A stretch of DNA of 64,000 nt from Oscillospiraceae bacterium (GCA_902795345.1 CADBKO010000006.1:5577-69576), one strand, 5' to 3'. Positions 51,139-60,671 are shown, counted from the stretch's first letter. The notes: generated by a model from the letters alone, not told the origin. Made by a program: numbers and translations.

Positions 51139-52365
51139 TTACAGAGGCAGCTCCTTCCCTTGCTTTTTCCACTCCCGGAATTCCGCCGTGGCGGTGAAGA
51201 TCACGTCGCCGGAGGAATTGAGGGCCGTCTCCAGAGAATCCTGGATCACGCTGATGATGAATCCCACCCCCACGATCTGCATAGCCACGTCGTTGGAGAT
51301 GCCGAAAAGGGAGCAGCCCAGGGGGATCAGCAGCAGGGAGCCCCCGGCCACGCCGCTGGTGCCGCAGGCGGAGAAGGTGGCGACGATGCTCAGCAGGATG
51401 GCCATGGGAAGGGTGACCTTCACCCCGGCGGTGAAGGCCGCGGTGAGGGCGAAGGTGGTGATGACGGACGCCGCCCCATCCATATTGATGGTGGAGCCCA
51501 GGGGGATGGAGACGGAATACATGTCCTCGTCCAGCCCCAGCTCCTTGCACAGCTCCAGGTTCACTGGGATATTGGCGGCGCTGCTGCGGGTGAAGAAGGC
51601 GGTGACGCCGCTCTGGCGCACACATTTGAAGATCAGCGGATAGGGATTGTGGCGAAGGGTGATCCCCACGATCAGGGGATTCAGCACGAAAGCAACCAGA
51701 AGCATGGACACCACCAGGACCAGCACCAGTTCCCCATAGGTGGTGAAGATCTCAAGGCCGCTGGTGGAGACCGCCTGGAATACCAGGCCCAGGATGCCGA
51801 AGGGCGCGCAGCTGATGACCCAGCGCACCACCATGGACACCGCCTCCGCCAGATCGTTCATGGCCTGTTTCGTGTTCTCCCCCGCCCGCTTCAGAGCCAG
51901 GCCCAGGATGACCGACCAGAACAGGATGCCGATGTAATTGGCGTTGGCCAGAGCCTTCACCGGGTTGTCGATGACGCTGGTGAGGAGATTCAGGATGATC
52001 TCCGACATGCTGCCCGGGGGTGAATAGCCCTCGGTGGGGTCCAGGCCGGCCAGGGAAATGGTGACCGGGTGGAGGAAATTCACGAAGACGGCCACCACTG
52101 CAGCGCAGAGGGTGCTGAACAGATACAGGAAGATGACCGTGCGGAATTTTCCCGCGTTGCCCCCCTTGGCATTGGCGATGGAAGCGGAGACGAGTACGAA
52201 GACCAGCACCGGCGCGATGGCCTTCAGCGCGCCTACGAAAAGCGTGCCGAGGATGCCGATCCAGGTGAGCTTCGGCAGGAGAAGGCCCAATACCGCGCCG
52301 ACCACGAGGCCGATCAGGATGCGGAGGATCAGGCTGATGGAATTCCACTTTTTGATGATGCTCAT
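51139..52365 (-). CDS. sstT: Serine/threonine:sodium symporter SstT (DAACS family)
   Basis: 408 aa with N-terminus MSIIKKWNSISLILRILIGLVVGAVLG. Its stop directly abuts the sdaA start. Confidence 0.85.
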   Translation of the reverse strand: MSIIKKWNSISLILRILIGLVVGAVLGLLLPKLTWIGILGTLFVGALKAIAPVLVFVLVSASIANAKGGNAGKFRTVIFLYLFSTLCAAVVAVFVNFLHPVTISLAGLDPTEGYSPPGSMSEIILNLLTSVIDNPVKALANANYIGILFWSVILGLALKRAGENTKQAMNDLAEAVSMVVRWVISCAPFGILGLVFQAVSTSGLEIFTTYGELVLVLVVSMLLVAFVLNPLIVGITLRHNPYPLIFKCVRQSGVTAFFTRSSAANIPVNLELCKELGLDEDMYSVSIPLGSTINMDGAASVITTFALTAAFTAGVKVTLPMAILLSIVATFSACGTSGVAGGSLLLIPLGCSLFGISNDVAMQIVGVGFIISVIQDSLETALNSSGDVIFTATAEFREWKKQGKELPL

Positions 52366-52576
52366 GTTGCGTCATGCCCTCCTTCGGTTTGGTCGTTTCC
52401 ATTCGAGTATACCCTCTGCGGCAGAGAATGGCAATTGTCAAATGTCCCGAATAGGCGAACTGCTTAAACGAAAAGTATAGGGCCTCTTGTCTTCGCCGCC
52501 GGGGATGCAGACATTCGTTGTATCCGAAAGCGGGACATGGTATAATGACCACAATTTCTGAACTGAGGTAACGCCC

Positions 52577-53137
52577 ATGCTTTACATCATTCGCCACGGG
52601 CAGACGGAGATGAATGCCCGGCATGTCCTCCAGAGCCGCAGCGACCAGCCCCTCAACGACATCGGCGTCCGCCAGGCGGAGGAAGCAGCCCGCCGGCTGA
52701 AGGACGTGCATTTTCAGCGGGTCTATTCCAGCCCCCTGCAGCGGGCCGTGGAAACGGCCCGGATCATCGCCCCCGGCATCCCGATCACGGTGGACGAGCG
52801 GCTCATCGAAATGGACTACGGGCCTTATGAAGGGATGGACCTGCGCTCTCCCCCGCCGGAGATCATGGCCTTCTTCCGGGATTTCGCCCACAACCCGGCC
52901 CCGGAGGGCATGGAGCAGCTCTCCGACGTGGTGGCCCGGGCCGGGCGCTTCCTGGAAGACGTGGAGAAGGAGGGGGACATCCTCGTTTCCACCCACGCCA
53001 TCGCCATGAAGGGCCTGCTGGAATACCTGACGCCGGATTCCCGGGGCGGCTGGTGGTCCAGAAATATCATGAATTGCGCCGTCTACACGACGGGATACGA
53101 CGGGACCGGCTTCACCGTGCCCGCGGAGCTGGCATAA
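52577..53137 (+). CDS. Histidine phosphatase family protein (CobC/alpha-ribazole-phosphatase-like)
   Basis: MLYIIRHGQTEMN and a later ...STHAIAMK... motif. TTGTAT-17-TATAAT lies upstream at 52519-52547. Confidence 0.8.
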   Translation: MLYIIRHGQTEMNARHVLQSRSDQPLNDIGVRQAEEAARRLKDVHFQRVYSSPLQRAVETARIIAPGIPITVDERLIEMDYGPYEGMDLRSPPPEIMAFFRDFAHNPAPEGMEQLSDVVARAGRFLEDVEKEGDILVSTHAIAMKGLLEYLTPDSRGGWWSRNIMNCAVYTTGYDGTGFTVPAELA

Positions 53138-53166
53138 CCGATCCGAATCCGGAACAAGGAGCCTTT

Positions 53167-54570
53167 ATGATCTCAGAGCGCTTCGACTGGCGGGATTTCC
53201 TGCGCCGGGTCGCCGTGATCGCCATCCCGGTGGCCTTGCAGAACCTGCTGACCACCACCGGCAGCATGGTGGACACCATGATGATCGCCTCCCTGGGCCA
53301 GACCCAGCTGGGGGCCGTGGGCTTATGCGCCCAGTTCTCCTCCCTGATGTTCAGCTGCTACTGGGGCTTCATCGGCGGGGGCATGCTCTTCATCTCCCAA
53401 TACTGGGGGGCCAAGGACCACGACGGCATCAACCGTTCCTACGGCCTGACCCTCAGCTGCATGATGACCGTGGCCGTCGTTTTCTGCTGCCTGGCCACCC
53501 TCTGCCCGAGGGCGGTGATGCGCCTGTATACGGACAAGAAGGCCCTGCAGGAGGTAGGCGTGCAGTATCTGCGCATCGTGGGCTTCAACTATCCCCTCAT
53601 GGTGCTGAGCATGGCCATGGCGACCCTGCTGCGCTGCACGGAGCGGGTGCGCATCCCCCTCTATGGCTCCATCGTCTCCGTCTTTGTCAACGTGGGCCTC
53701 AACTATGTGCTGATCTTCGGGCATCTGGGCCTCCCCGCCATGGGCGTGCGGGGCGCGGCCCTGGCCACGGTGATCGCCCAGGGGGTGAGCATCTGCGTGG
53801 TGATGCTGCTGGCAAAGCGCAGCGCCCACCCCTATCTCACCGCCTTCCGCCGCCACTTCCGCTGGAACGGGAAGCTGGTGAAGAAATATTTCCGCAAGTG
53901 CTTCCCCATCATCCTGAACGAGCTGCTCATCGGCGTGGGCAACATGGTCATCAACATCGTCCTGGGCCGCCAGCCGGAGGAGGCCATCGCCGCCATCGCC
54001 GTCTTCCGCACCCTGGAGGGCCTGGTGATCGGCTTCTTCGCCGGCTTCTCCAACGCCGCGAGCATCCTTGTGGGCAAGGAGGTGGGCGCGGGCAATCCGG
54101 ACCTGGCCTACACCCGGGCCTGGCGGCTGGTGTACCTCTGCCAGGGCTTCATCGGCCTCATAGGACTGTGCATCCTGGCCCTCCATACCCCCATCCTCCG
54201 GCTCATGGGCATGGAGGGGGAGAGCTTCCGCATCGCCTTCGGCCTGGTGAGCATCTATCTGGGCGCCGCCTTCCTCCGCATGGGCAACTGGACCCAGAAC
54301 GACACCTTCCGGGCCGCGGGGGACGCGGCCTACGGCACCATCCTGGAGATCGTCTTCATGTGGGCCCTGGTGCTGCCCTTCGTCTGTCTCAGCGGCATGG
54401 TCTGGCACGCCCCCACCCTCCTGGTCTTTGCCTGCTGCTACATCGACGAGCCCATCCGCTATGTGCTGATGCAGGTGCACCTGTTCCGGGGCAAGTGGCT
54501 GAAGCCCGTGACCCCGGAGGGTGCGGCGGCCCTGAAGGGCTGGAAACCGCCGAGAAAAGCAAGGGTATAA
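53167..54570 (+). CDS. MATE family efflux transporter
   Basis: Start moved to MISERFDWRDFLRRVAVIAIPVALQNLL (ATG 53167, AAGGAG upstream). 12-TM-like. Confidence 0.85.
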   Translation: MISERFDWRDFLRRVAVIAIPVALQNLLTTTGSMVDTMMIASLGQTQLGAVGLCAQFSSLMFSCYWGFIGGGMLFISQYWGAKDHDGINRSYGLTLSCMMTVAVVFCCLATLCPRAVMRLYTDKKALQEVGVQYLRIVGFNYPLMVLSMAMATLLRCTERVRIPLYGSIVSVFVNVGLNYVLIFGHLGLPAMGVRGAALATVIAQGVSICVVMLLAKRSAHPYLTAFRRHFRWNGKLVKKYFRKCFPIILNELLIGVGNMVINIVLGRQPEEAIAAIAVFRTLEGLVIGFFAGFSNAASILVGKEVGAGNPDLAYTRAWRLVYLCQGFIGLIGLCILALHTPILRLMGMEGESFRIAFGLVSIYLGAAFLRMGNWTQNDTFRAAGDAAYGTILEIVFMWALVLPFVCLSGMVWHAPTLLVFACCYIDEPIRYVLMQVHLFRGKWLKPVTPEGAAALKGWKPPRKARV

Positions 54571-54612
54571 AAACACGGCGCGGACTCCCTTCGAGGATGT
54601 CCGCGCCGTCCT

Positions 54613-55383
54613 TTATTCATGCTCCGAGAGCCATTTTGCGAAGTCCTTCCCCACCAGCTTTTCCCCGGTCAGATCCGCAGCGGGGTTTGCGGCCAGGTAC
54701 AGGATGACTTCATTCAGCACCGTGGGGGGCAGCACCGGCAGCCCGGAAGCGCGCATGCGCTCCGTGAGTCCCGGCGGGGCCATGTTCGTATCCGTGAAGC
54801 CGCCGGGGCAGATCACGTTCACGCGGATGCCCTTCTCCTCCAGCTCTTGGGCCATAATGGCCGCCATGGCCTCCGCCCCCGCCTTGGAGGGGCCGTAGGG
54901 CAGATGGCCGGGCCGGGTCATGGTGGCGTCGCTGGTGGAGACATAGACCACCCTGCCGCCCCGCTCCATGAGGGGCACGAAGCTGCGGGACGTAAGGAAG
55001 AAGCCCAGGAGGTTCGTTTCCAGCACCGCCCGGACGGTCTCCGCCGGGATGTCCCAAAAGGCGTGGTCCGGGGGCAGGTCCTCCATGCCAGGGGCGTTAT
55101 TGCCGATGCCCGCGTCACAGACCAGCATGTCCAGGCGGTCAAACCTTTCCCGGAACCAGGCTGCCGCCCCTTCCACGGAGGAAGCGTCCCGCACGTCCAT
55201 GGCCACGGCGCAGGCGTCCCCCGCCTGCGCCAGGGCTTCTTTCGCTTTTTCCAGCCGTTCCCCGGCCCGGGCCGCGATCACTACCCTGGCCCCGGAAAGC
55301 AGCAGCGCCTTCGCCATCTCGAAGCCCAGGCCGCTGGAACCGCCTGTAATGAGGGCGGTATACCCTTTCAGATCGACCTTCAT
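54613..55383 (-). CDS. SDR-family oxidoreductase
   Basis: TGGSSGLG cofactor motif and catalytic YGPSK. Confidence 0.85.
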   Translation of the reverse strand: MKVDLKGYTALITGGSSGLGFEMAKALLLSGARVVIAARAGERLEKAKEALAQAGDACAVAMDVRDASSVEGAAAWFRERFDRLDMLVCDAGIGNNAPGMEDLPPDHAFWDIPAETVRAVLETNLLGFFLTSRSFVPLMERGGRVVYVSTSDATMTRPGHLPYGPSKAGAEAMAAIMAQELEEKGIRVNVICPGGFTDTNMAPPGLTERMRASGLPVLPPTVLNEVILYLAANPAADLTGEKLVGKDFAKWLSEHE

Positions 55384-55398
55384 CCTATTGCCCCCCCC

Positions 55399-56505
55399 TC
55401 ACCGGTGGATATACATGCGGGAGGGCGTTTCCTCCCCGTCGCACTGCACCGGGCACAGATACTCCCAGCCGTAGCGCTCATAAAAGCCGGTGTGGTCCGT
55501 GACCAGATAGACCGGCGAAATGCCCTTGGCGCGCAGATTCTCCACCGCCATGTTCAGCAGCTTTCCCGCGACGCCCCGGCAGCGGAAATCCGCTTCCGTA
55601 TAGACGGCGCAGATATTGGGCGTCAGGTCCTTCCGCTGGTGGAAATCGTTGTCGATGACCCCCAGGCCACCCGCGATCTGCTCCCCCGCCAGGCATAGAT
55701 ACCAGCCGTATTCCGTTTTGCCGGTCAGATAGGCCTCCATACATTCCAGATAAGCGCCCTCCGGCACCCGCCACTTGGAGCTGAACCACCGGGCGGCGGG
55801 CCCTTTCAGCTCCGGCCTGGCCCGCAGGTCGAGAAAAACAAACGCGTCCATCGCCCCACCTCTCGCAAATCCGAAAAATTCCTTAAGACCCTTCCTCGCC
55901 TCCAGGTCCTCCGGCGTGAAGCCGTAGTGGGCGGCGGCGGCCAGGGTGACCAGCCGCTCCGTGAAGTCCTCCCAGGGGAGGTCCAGCCAGGCTTCCGGCA
56001 CCTCCACGCGGATGGTGCCCCCGCCGTAGTGGCTGCCCTCGTTCCAGGCCTCGTCCAGCTCCGCCTCGAAGGTGCCGTCGTCCTTTTTATTAAAGGCGTA
56101 CCAGGAGGCCCATTCCTCCATGCCCTCGACGACCCGGCTCCCCTCCCGGTGGGGGACGGAATGGGCCTTGGGGGAATAGTCCGCCGCGCCCTTGCCCGCG
56201 CTTCGGCGGTAGACCCAGAACTTCTCCGCGTTCCTGGGTACGCGCTCCAGGCTGAGGGGCCCGTCCCGCAGGATGAGCTTCCGGGTGCCCGGCGCCCGCT
56301 CCCCCTTGTTCAGGATGGCCCGGAAGCGGGGGAAATGGGTCTTCCGCGTGTGGTTTTTCATCAGGCCCAGGGCTTCCAGCTCCGCCCGGAGGTGTTCCGG
56401 CTGAAAGGCCCGGTATTCGCTGCCGCCGTCCTCATAGACATAGTACGCCCCCACATGGACGTCCCGATAAAATACCTTGTATTCCTCCCGGATGATCCCG
56501 CCCAT
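55399..56505 (-). CDS. GNAT acetyltransferase (C-terminal) fused to a ~200-aa N-terminal domain of unknown function
   Basis: C-terminal ...VYTEADFRCRGVAGKLLNMAVENLRAKG... (acetyl-CoA-binding R/Q-x-x-G-x-A-like motif). Confidence 0.7.
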   Translation of the reverse strand: MGGIIREEYKVFYRDVHVGAYYVYEDGGSEYRAFQPEHLRAELEALGLMKNHTRKTHFPRFRAILNKGERAPGTRKLILRDGPLSLERVPRNAEKFWVYRRSAGKGAADYSPKAHSVPHREGSRVVEGMEEWASWYAFNKKDDGTFEAELDEAWNEGSHYGGGTIRVEVPEAWLDLPWEDFTERLVTLAAAAHYGFTPEDLEARKGLKEFFGFARGGAMDAFVFLDLRARPELKGPAARWFSSKWRVPEGAYLECMEAYLTGKTEYGWYLCLAGEQIAGGLGVIDNDFHQRKDLTPNICAVYTEADFRCRGVAGKLLNMAVENLRAKGISPVYLVTDHTGFYERYGWEYLCPVQCDGEETPSRMYIHR

Positions 56506-56629
56506 CGGCCCTCACTCCTTCCTCCCCTTCGATTATACCCAACTCCCCCGGCGGGGTCAATGCGCTATACTTTTCTTTGCAGGCATGGTATAATCATTAA
56601 AAAAGTCAGCATGCAAGGAGGATAAGGAC

Positions 56630-57742
56630 ATGGCAAAGGCGACGGACCCCATCGTCATCGGGAAGCGGACAGCCAAAAACCGGGTCACCATGGCCCCCAC
56701 GGTGAAATTCATCGCCGGGGAGGACGGCAGGGTGACGGAGGATTTCGTGGCCCACTACGCGGAGCGGGCAAAGCACGAATGTGCCTTCATCTGCGTGGAG
56801 GCCACCTGCATCACCCCGGAGGGGCGGCTTGCCCCCAGCCAGCTGGGCCTTTGGGAGGATGGGCAGATCGAGGGCCATAAAAGGCTGACGGACGCCTGCC
56901 ACGAATACGGCGCCCTGGTGGTGCCCCAGATCCACCACGGCGGCGTGGGCACCCATCCCGCCTGCGGGATCGCCGTGGGCCCCAGCGCCCTGGTCCGGGA
57001 GAGCTTCGGGCGGAAGCAGGAGGTTAGGGAACTGAGCCGGGAGGACATCAAGCGCATCGTCAGCCTCTTTGCCGACGCTGCGGTGCGGGCGCAAAAGGCG
57101 GGCTACGACGGGGTGCAGCTCCACGCCTGCCACAGCTATCTTATCAACGATTTCGCCTCCGCCCTGAACAAGCGGGAGGACGAATACGGCGGCAGCGCCG
57201 TCAATCGCGCCCGCTTCGGCTGCGAGGTCATCCGGGCCATACGGGCTTCCTGCGGGGAGGATTTCATCATCTCCGCCCGGGTCTCCGGCTGCGACCCCAC
57301 GGTGGAGGACGCCGTGATCGCGGCGGACGAGTATGTGAAGGCGGGCTGCGATTATCTCCAGGTTTCCTCCGGCATCGCCCCCCTGGACAGCCTGGAGCAC
57401 GACGAAAGCCTGCCCTACAACAAGACCGCCTCCCTGGGCGTGCGCCTCCGCGCCGCTCTGAAGCCCCCGGTGCCGGTATCCCTGGTCAACGGCATCCGCA
57501 CCCCGGAGCAGGTGGCGTATCTCCTTTCCAACGACCTCATCGACACCGTGGACCTGGCCTGCGGCCTGCTGGCGGACCCCGCCTTCACGGAGGCCATCCT
57601 CTACGGCGCGCCCTACCACAAGTGCCTGACCTGCCGGGGCTGCGGCTTCGGCCCCATCCACAACCACCTCTGCCCCGCCATGGTGGCCCGGGGAGCAGAC
57701 GAATTCCACTTCCGGGAGCTGCTGGGGAAGAAAGAGGGCTGA
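56630..57742 (+). CDS. Old-Yellow-Enzyme-family NADH:flavin oxidoreductase with a C-terminal Cys cluster
   Basis: ...MAPTVKF...HYAERAK...QIHHGG...LHACHSYLINDF... and C-terminal CLTCRGCGFGPIHNHLCP. TGgTATAAT lies at 56586-56594. Confidence 0.8.
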   Translation: MAKATDPIVIGKRTAKNRVTMAPTVKFIAGEDGRVTEDFVAHYAERAKHECAFICVEATCITPEGRLAPSQLGLWEDGQIEGHKRLTDACHEYGALVVPQIHHGGVGTHPACGIAVGPSALVRESFGRKQEVRELSREDIKRIVSLFADAAVRAQKAGYDGVQLHACHSYLINDFASALNKREDEYGGSAVNRARFGCEVIRAIRASCGEDFIISARVSGCDPTVEDAVIAADEYVKAGCDYLQVSSGIAPLDSLEHDESLPYNKTASLGVRLRAALKPPVPVSLVNGIRTPEQVAYLLSNDLIDTVDLACGLLADPAFTEAILYGAPYHKCLTCRGCGFGPIHNHLCPAMVARGADEFHFRELLGKKEG

Positions 57743-57745
57743 GCC

Positions 57746-58286
57746 ATGACGGACCGGGTGCGGCGGATGCTGCAAAGCCTGAAGGTCAGCAAATATCCCC
57801 TCTGCATCGAGTATTTCAAGCTGGCCAACGAATCCCTGGACGGGACGTCGGGGGAGCCCATGCTTCTGCGGCGGGCAAAGCTCCACGCGCGACGGGCGCA
57901 GGGGCGGCGACATCCTGGCGGACGCCTCCCTCTCCCCGGACCGGGGCCGGGACAAAGCAGGCCCCACCGCCGTCTTCCGCAGCGCCATGAAGGTGAACCA
58001 GGACCCCTATCAGGGCACCCTGATGAATAGGAAGCTCCACCCCGCCATGCTGCGTTCGGAGGAGGACCTCGTCAAGCTGGGGAGCATGATTAAGACCTAT
58101 CTCACCCACGGGGGCAAGCATATCCAGTTCAACGTGGTGGACCGCGCCGAGATGGAGGACGCGAAGCGCCATCCGGAGCAGCACAGCGACCTGGTGGTGC
58201 GGGTGGCGGGATACAGCGCCTATTTCATCCGCCTGCCGGAAGCGATCCAGAACGAAGTCATGGACCGCACGGAACAGCAGCTCTGA
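57746..58286 (+). pseudogene. Glycyl radical enzyme relic: about 47 N-terminal codons joined out of frame to the last ~134 codons (glycyl-radical domain)
   Basis: Frame 1 reads MTDRVRRMLQSLKVSKYPLCIEYF...EPMLLRRAKLH. From about 57885 a +1 frame reads TRDGRRGGDILADASLSPDRGRDKAGPTAVFRSAMKVNQ...HIQFNVVD...LVVRVAGYSAYF. This aligns with the C-termini of GRE-1 and GRE-2. The catalytic barrel and Cys loop are absent. Confidence 0.8.
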
Positions 58287-58370
58287 GGCGGCAAGGACAC
58301 GCTGACGCCGAGAGAGAATCATCTCCGATTCTCCGATTTCTGAAAAACGAAGACTGTATAAGACACGAAC

Positions 58371-58406
58371 GCGCCCGAAACCGAAACTGGTTTCGGGCGC
58401 ATTTTG
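58371..58406. terminator. Hairpin terminator between convergent relic genes
   Basis: gcgcccgaaacc-gaaact-ggtttcgggcgc followed by attttg. Confidence 0.7.
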
Positions 58407-58419
58407 TCGGGGCGCCGCC

Positions 58420-58701
58420 TCAATAGGCCAGCGTGTCCAGCTTGATGCCGCTCATGCCGCTTTCCTTGGGAGCGTGGTTGGATTTCTTTTCGCTGACGCC
58501 GTGGAGGAACCGTTCCTCCATGTGGATGGTGACGCCGGTATCCTCCAAGGCCCTTTGCAGGGGGGCAATGTCCAGCTCCCGGAGGGGCTTTTTCCCCTGG
58601 TCCAGGGCCAGGGCCGCCGCGGTGCCCGCCGCCTGGCCGGTGAATACGCAGCAGGGGATGGTCCTTGTGATCTCCCAGGCGTAGCCCCCGGCGGAGACCA
58701 T
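58420..58701 (-). pseudogene. C-terminal fragment of an FAD-dependent oxidoreductase
   Basis: 93 aa: MVSAGGYAWEITRTIPCCVFTGQAAGTAAALAL... matches the usual C-terminal FAD-contact segment of ~450-aa flavoproteins. The N-terminal approximately four-fifths is missing. The serine-hydrolase stop lies 18 nt upstream. Confidence 0.6.
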
Positions 58702-58719
58702 GCGCCCCGCCTCCCGCGC

Positions 58720-60222
58720 TTACACCATCTCCGCGGTGATGGCGGGGGGATCGCCGCCGAACTGGAAGGGGGAATTGTTGGAAGCGGTGATGCTGACGCC
58801 CTTTCCCGCAAACTTCAAGGTATACACGTCCTCGAGGCAGGTCTCCATCCAGCGGCAGCGCAGCTCGAAGGTGTCCTCCGAAAGCCAGCTGCCGTGGGCC
58901 AGGTAGAGCTGGGTGCAGGCGGTCTCCGTCCCCAGGATGTTTGTCAGGCGCAGGCCGCCGGTGCCCACCCGGATATGCTCCTCCCGCCCGGAGGCGGCGA
59001 GGATATGCCAGAGGCAGCCGTAGTTATCGAAATCAAAGCGGAATTCCCGGATGGGATTCGGGCCTTCCCCGCTCATGAAGTTGCCGCCGAAGGGGCCGAA
59101 AACGCCGCTTTTCACCCGGAAGGTCCTGCCGCTGATGCGCGCAGCCGTGGGGCTGGAGGGCCGACAGGGGGGATTGCCGATATTCAGGCTGCGAAGCCTT
59201 CTCTCCAGCTTCCCCGCGGCCTCCGGGTCCTCCGGCAGGGGGCCGTCGGAAGTCACCTTCGCCGCAAAGTCCCAGGTGATGTCCAGGGTCTTCTGGGCCC
59301 AGTGGGCGCCGGGGGCGGTCTCGGTGATGGCGACGATCATATCCAGCTTTGGCAGGACGATGGTGAACTGGCCCATGGCCCCGTCGGCCCGGTAGGCCCC
59401 CTCCGGTTTGCACATCCAGATCTGGAAACCGTAGCCCAGGAAGTTGTCCGTGGCGGGGGGATTCACCGCCGCCTCGGAGGCGGAGTCATTCTGGTTGGTG
59501 GTGGCCAGGCGCACATAGTCCTCGGCCAGGATGCGCTCCCCTTCCCAGACGCCGCCGTCGGCATAGAGCTTCAGGAGCCGGAGGTTGTCCTCCGTGGTGG
59601 CGTAGAGGCCGCCGCCCCCCACCTCCATGCCGTCGGGCATACAGGCCCAGCGGAGATTACCAGCGTCGATGCCGATCTTGTCAAAGAGGCGGGGCTTCAG
59701 ATAGTCGTGGAGGCCCAGGCCCGTCTTGGCGCGCACGATGGCTCCCAGGAGGGTGGAGCCGGTGGAATTATACATATAGGTCGTGCCGGGCTTGTGATTC
59801 ACGGGGGTGTGCAGGAATTCCCGGATCCAGTCCTTGCTGGGGGGCGGCATGGTGTCCATCCCGCAGCCCATGCACAGCACGTCCCGCACGGTGAGGAGCT
59901 TCAGGTTTTCGCTGGGGTCCCTGGGGCTCTCCTGGGGGAAGATGTCGATGATCCTTTCGTCCAGGCGAATGATGCCCTCCGTATAGGCGATGCCTACCGC
60001 CGTGGCGGCATAGGTCTTGGTGTGGCTCTGGAGCCCGTGGCGGATGCCGGGGCCGAAGGGGGCCCACCAGCCCTGGGCGCAGAGCTTCCCATGCCGCATG
60101 ATCATGAGGCCGTGCATTTCCGTATCGCTGGCCTCCAGGTCGTCCAGATAGGCCATGATGTCGCCGCTGCGGATGCCCAGCTCCTCCGGGGAAGCGGTCT
60201 CAAAGGGCTTGCGCTGAAACAT
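58720..60222 (-). CDS. Serine hydrolase, beta-lactamase/PBP4-like family
   Basis: Start moved to MFQRKPFE (ATG 60222, AAGGAGG 7 nt upstream). S-x-x-K motif QSHTKTY. Confidence 0.8.
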   Translation of the reverse strand: MFQRKPFETASPEELGIRSGDIMAYLDDLEASDTEMHGLMIMRHGKLCAQGWWAPFGPGIRHGLQSHTKTYAATAVGIAYTEGIIRLDERIIDIFPQESPRDPSENLKLLTVRDVLCMGCGMDTMPPPSKDWIREFLHTPVNHKPGTTYMYNSTGSTLLGAIVRAKTGLGLHDYLKPRLFDKIGIDAGNLRWACMPDGMEVGGGGLYATTEDNLRLLKLYADGGVWEGERILAEDYVRLATTNQNDSASEAAVNPPATDNFLGYGFQIWMCKPEGAYRADGAMGQFTIVLPKLDMIVAITETAPGAHWAQKTLDITWDFAAKVTSDGPLPEDPEAAGKLERRLRSLNIGNPPCRPSSPTAARISGRTFRVKSGVFGPFGGNFMSGEGPNPIREFRFDFDNYGCLWHILAASGREEHIRVGTGGLRLTNILGTETACTQLYLAHGSWLSEDTFELRCRWMETCLEDVYTLKFAGKGVSITASNNSPFQFGGDPPAITAEMV

Positions 60223-60671
60223 GTCCATGCCTCCTTGTGTGAATGATAGTCTCTGCAAAAATCCGGCTCTGACTCCCTCAGTCAGCTCCGCTGACAGCTC
60301 CCTCAGAGAGGGAGCCAATCGGAATCTCACCTTATTCCCCCGTACCCAAAACGCAGCCTCCGCGCTGCGTTTTGGAGAGGACGTTTCGCCGGAATCCGTG
60401 AGCATTCGCGCTCGCGCGGATGCGAACCATTCCGGCGAATAAGGACGAGGGGGGCAGTATAACCGTACTTCCCACCCCCGGGTCAAGTTTTTCCGGCTGC
60501 GGGGACACGGGGCAAATAATAAAAATCATTTGTCAACGCCGAACACTGACGGATAAGCAATAACAAAAAAGAATAACGGAAAACCTGAACGCCGAACGCT
60601 GACTCTCTCTGATCAAGCGGCGCCGAAGCGCCGCCAAAAACCGGCCCCGCAGACCGGCGGCGCGTCATTTC

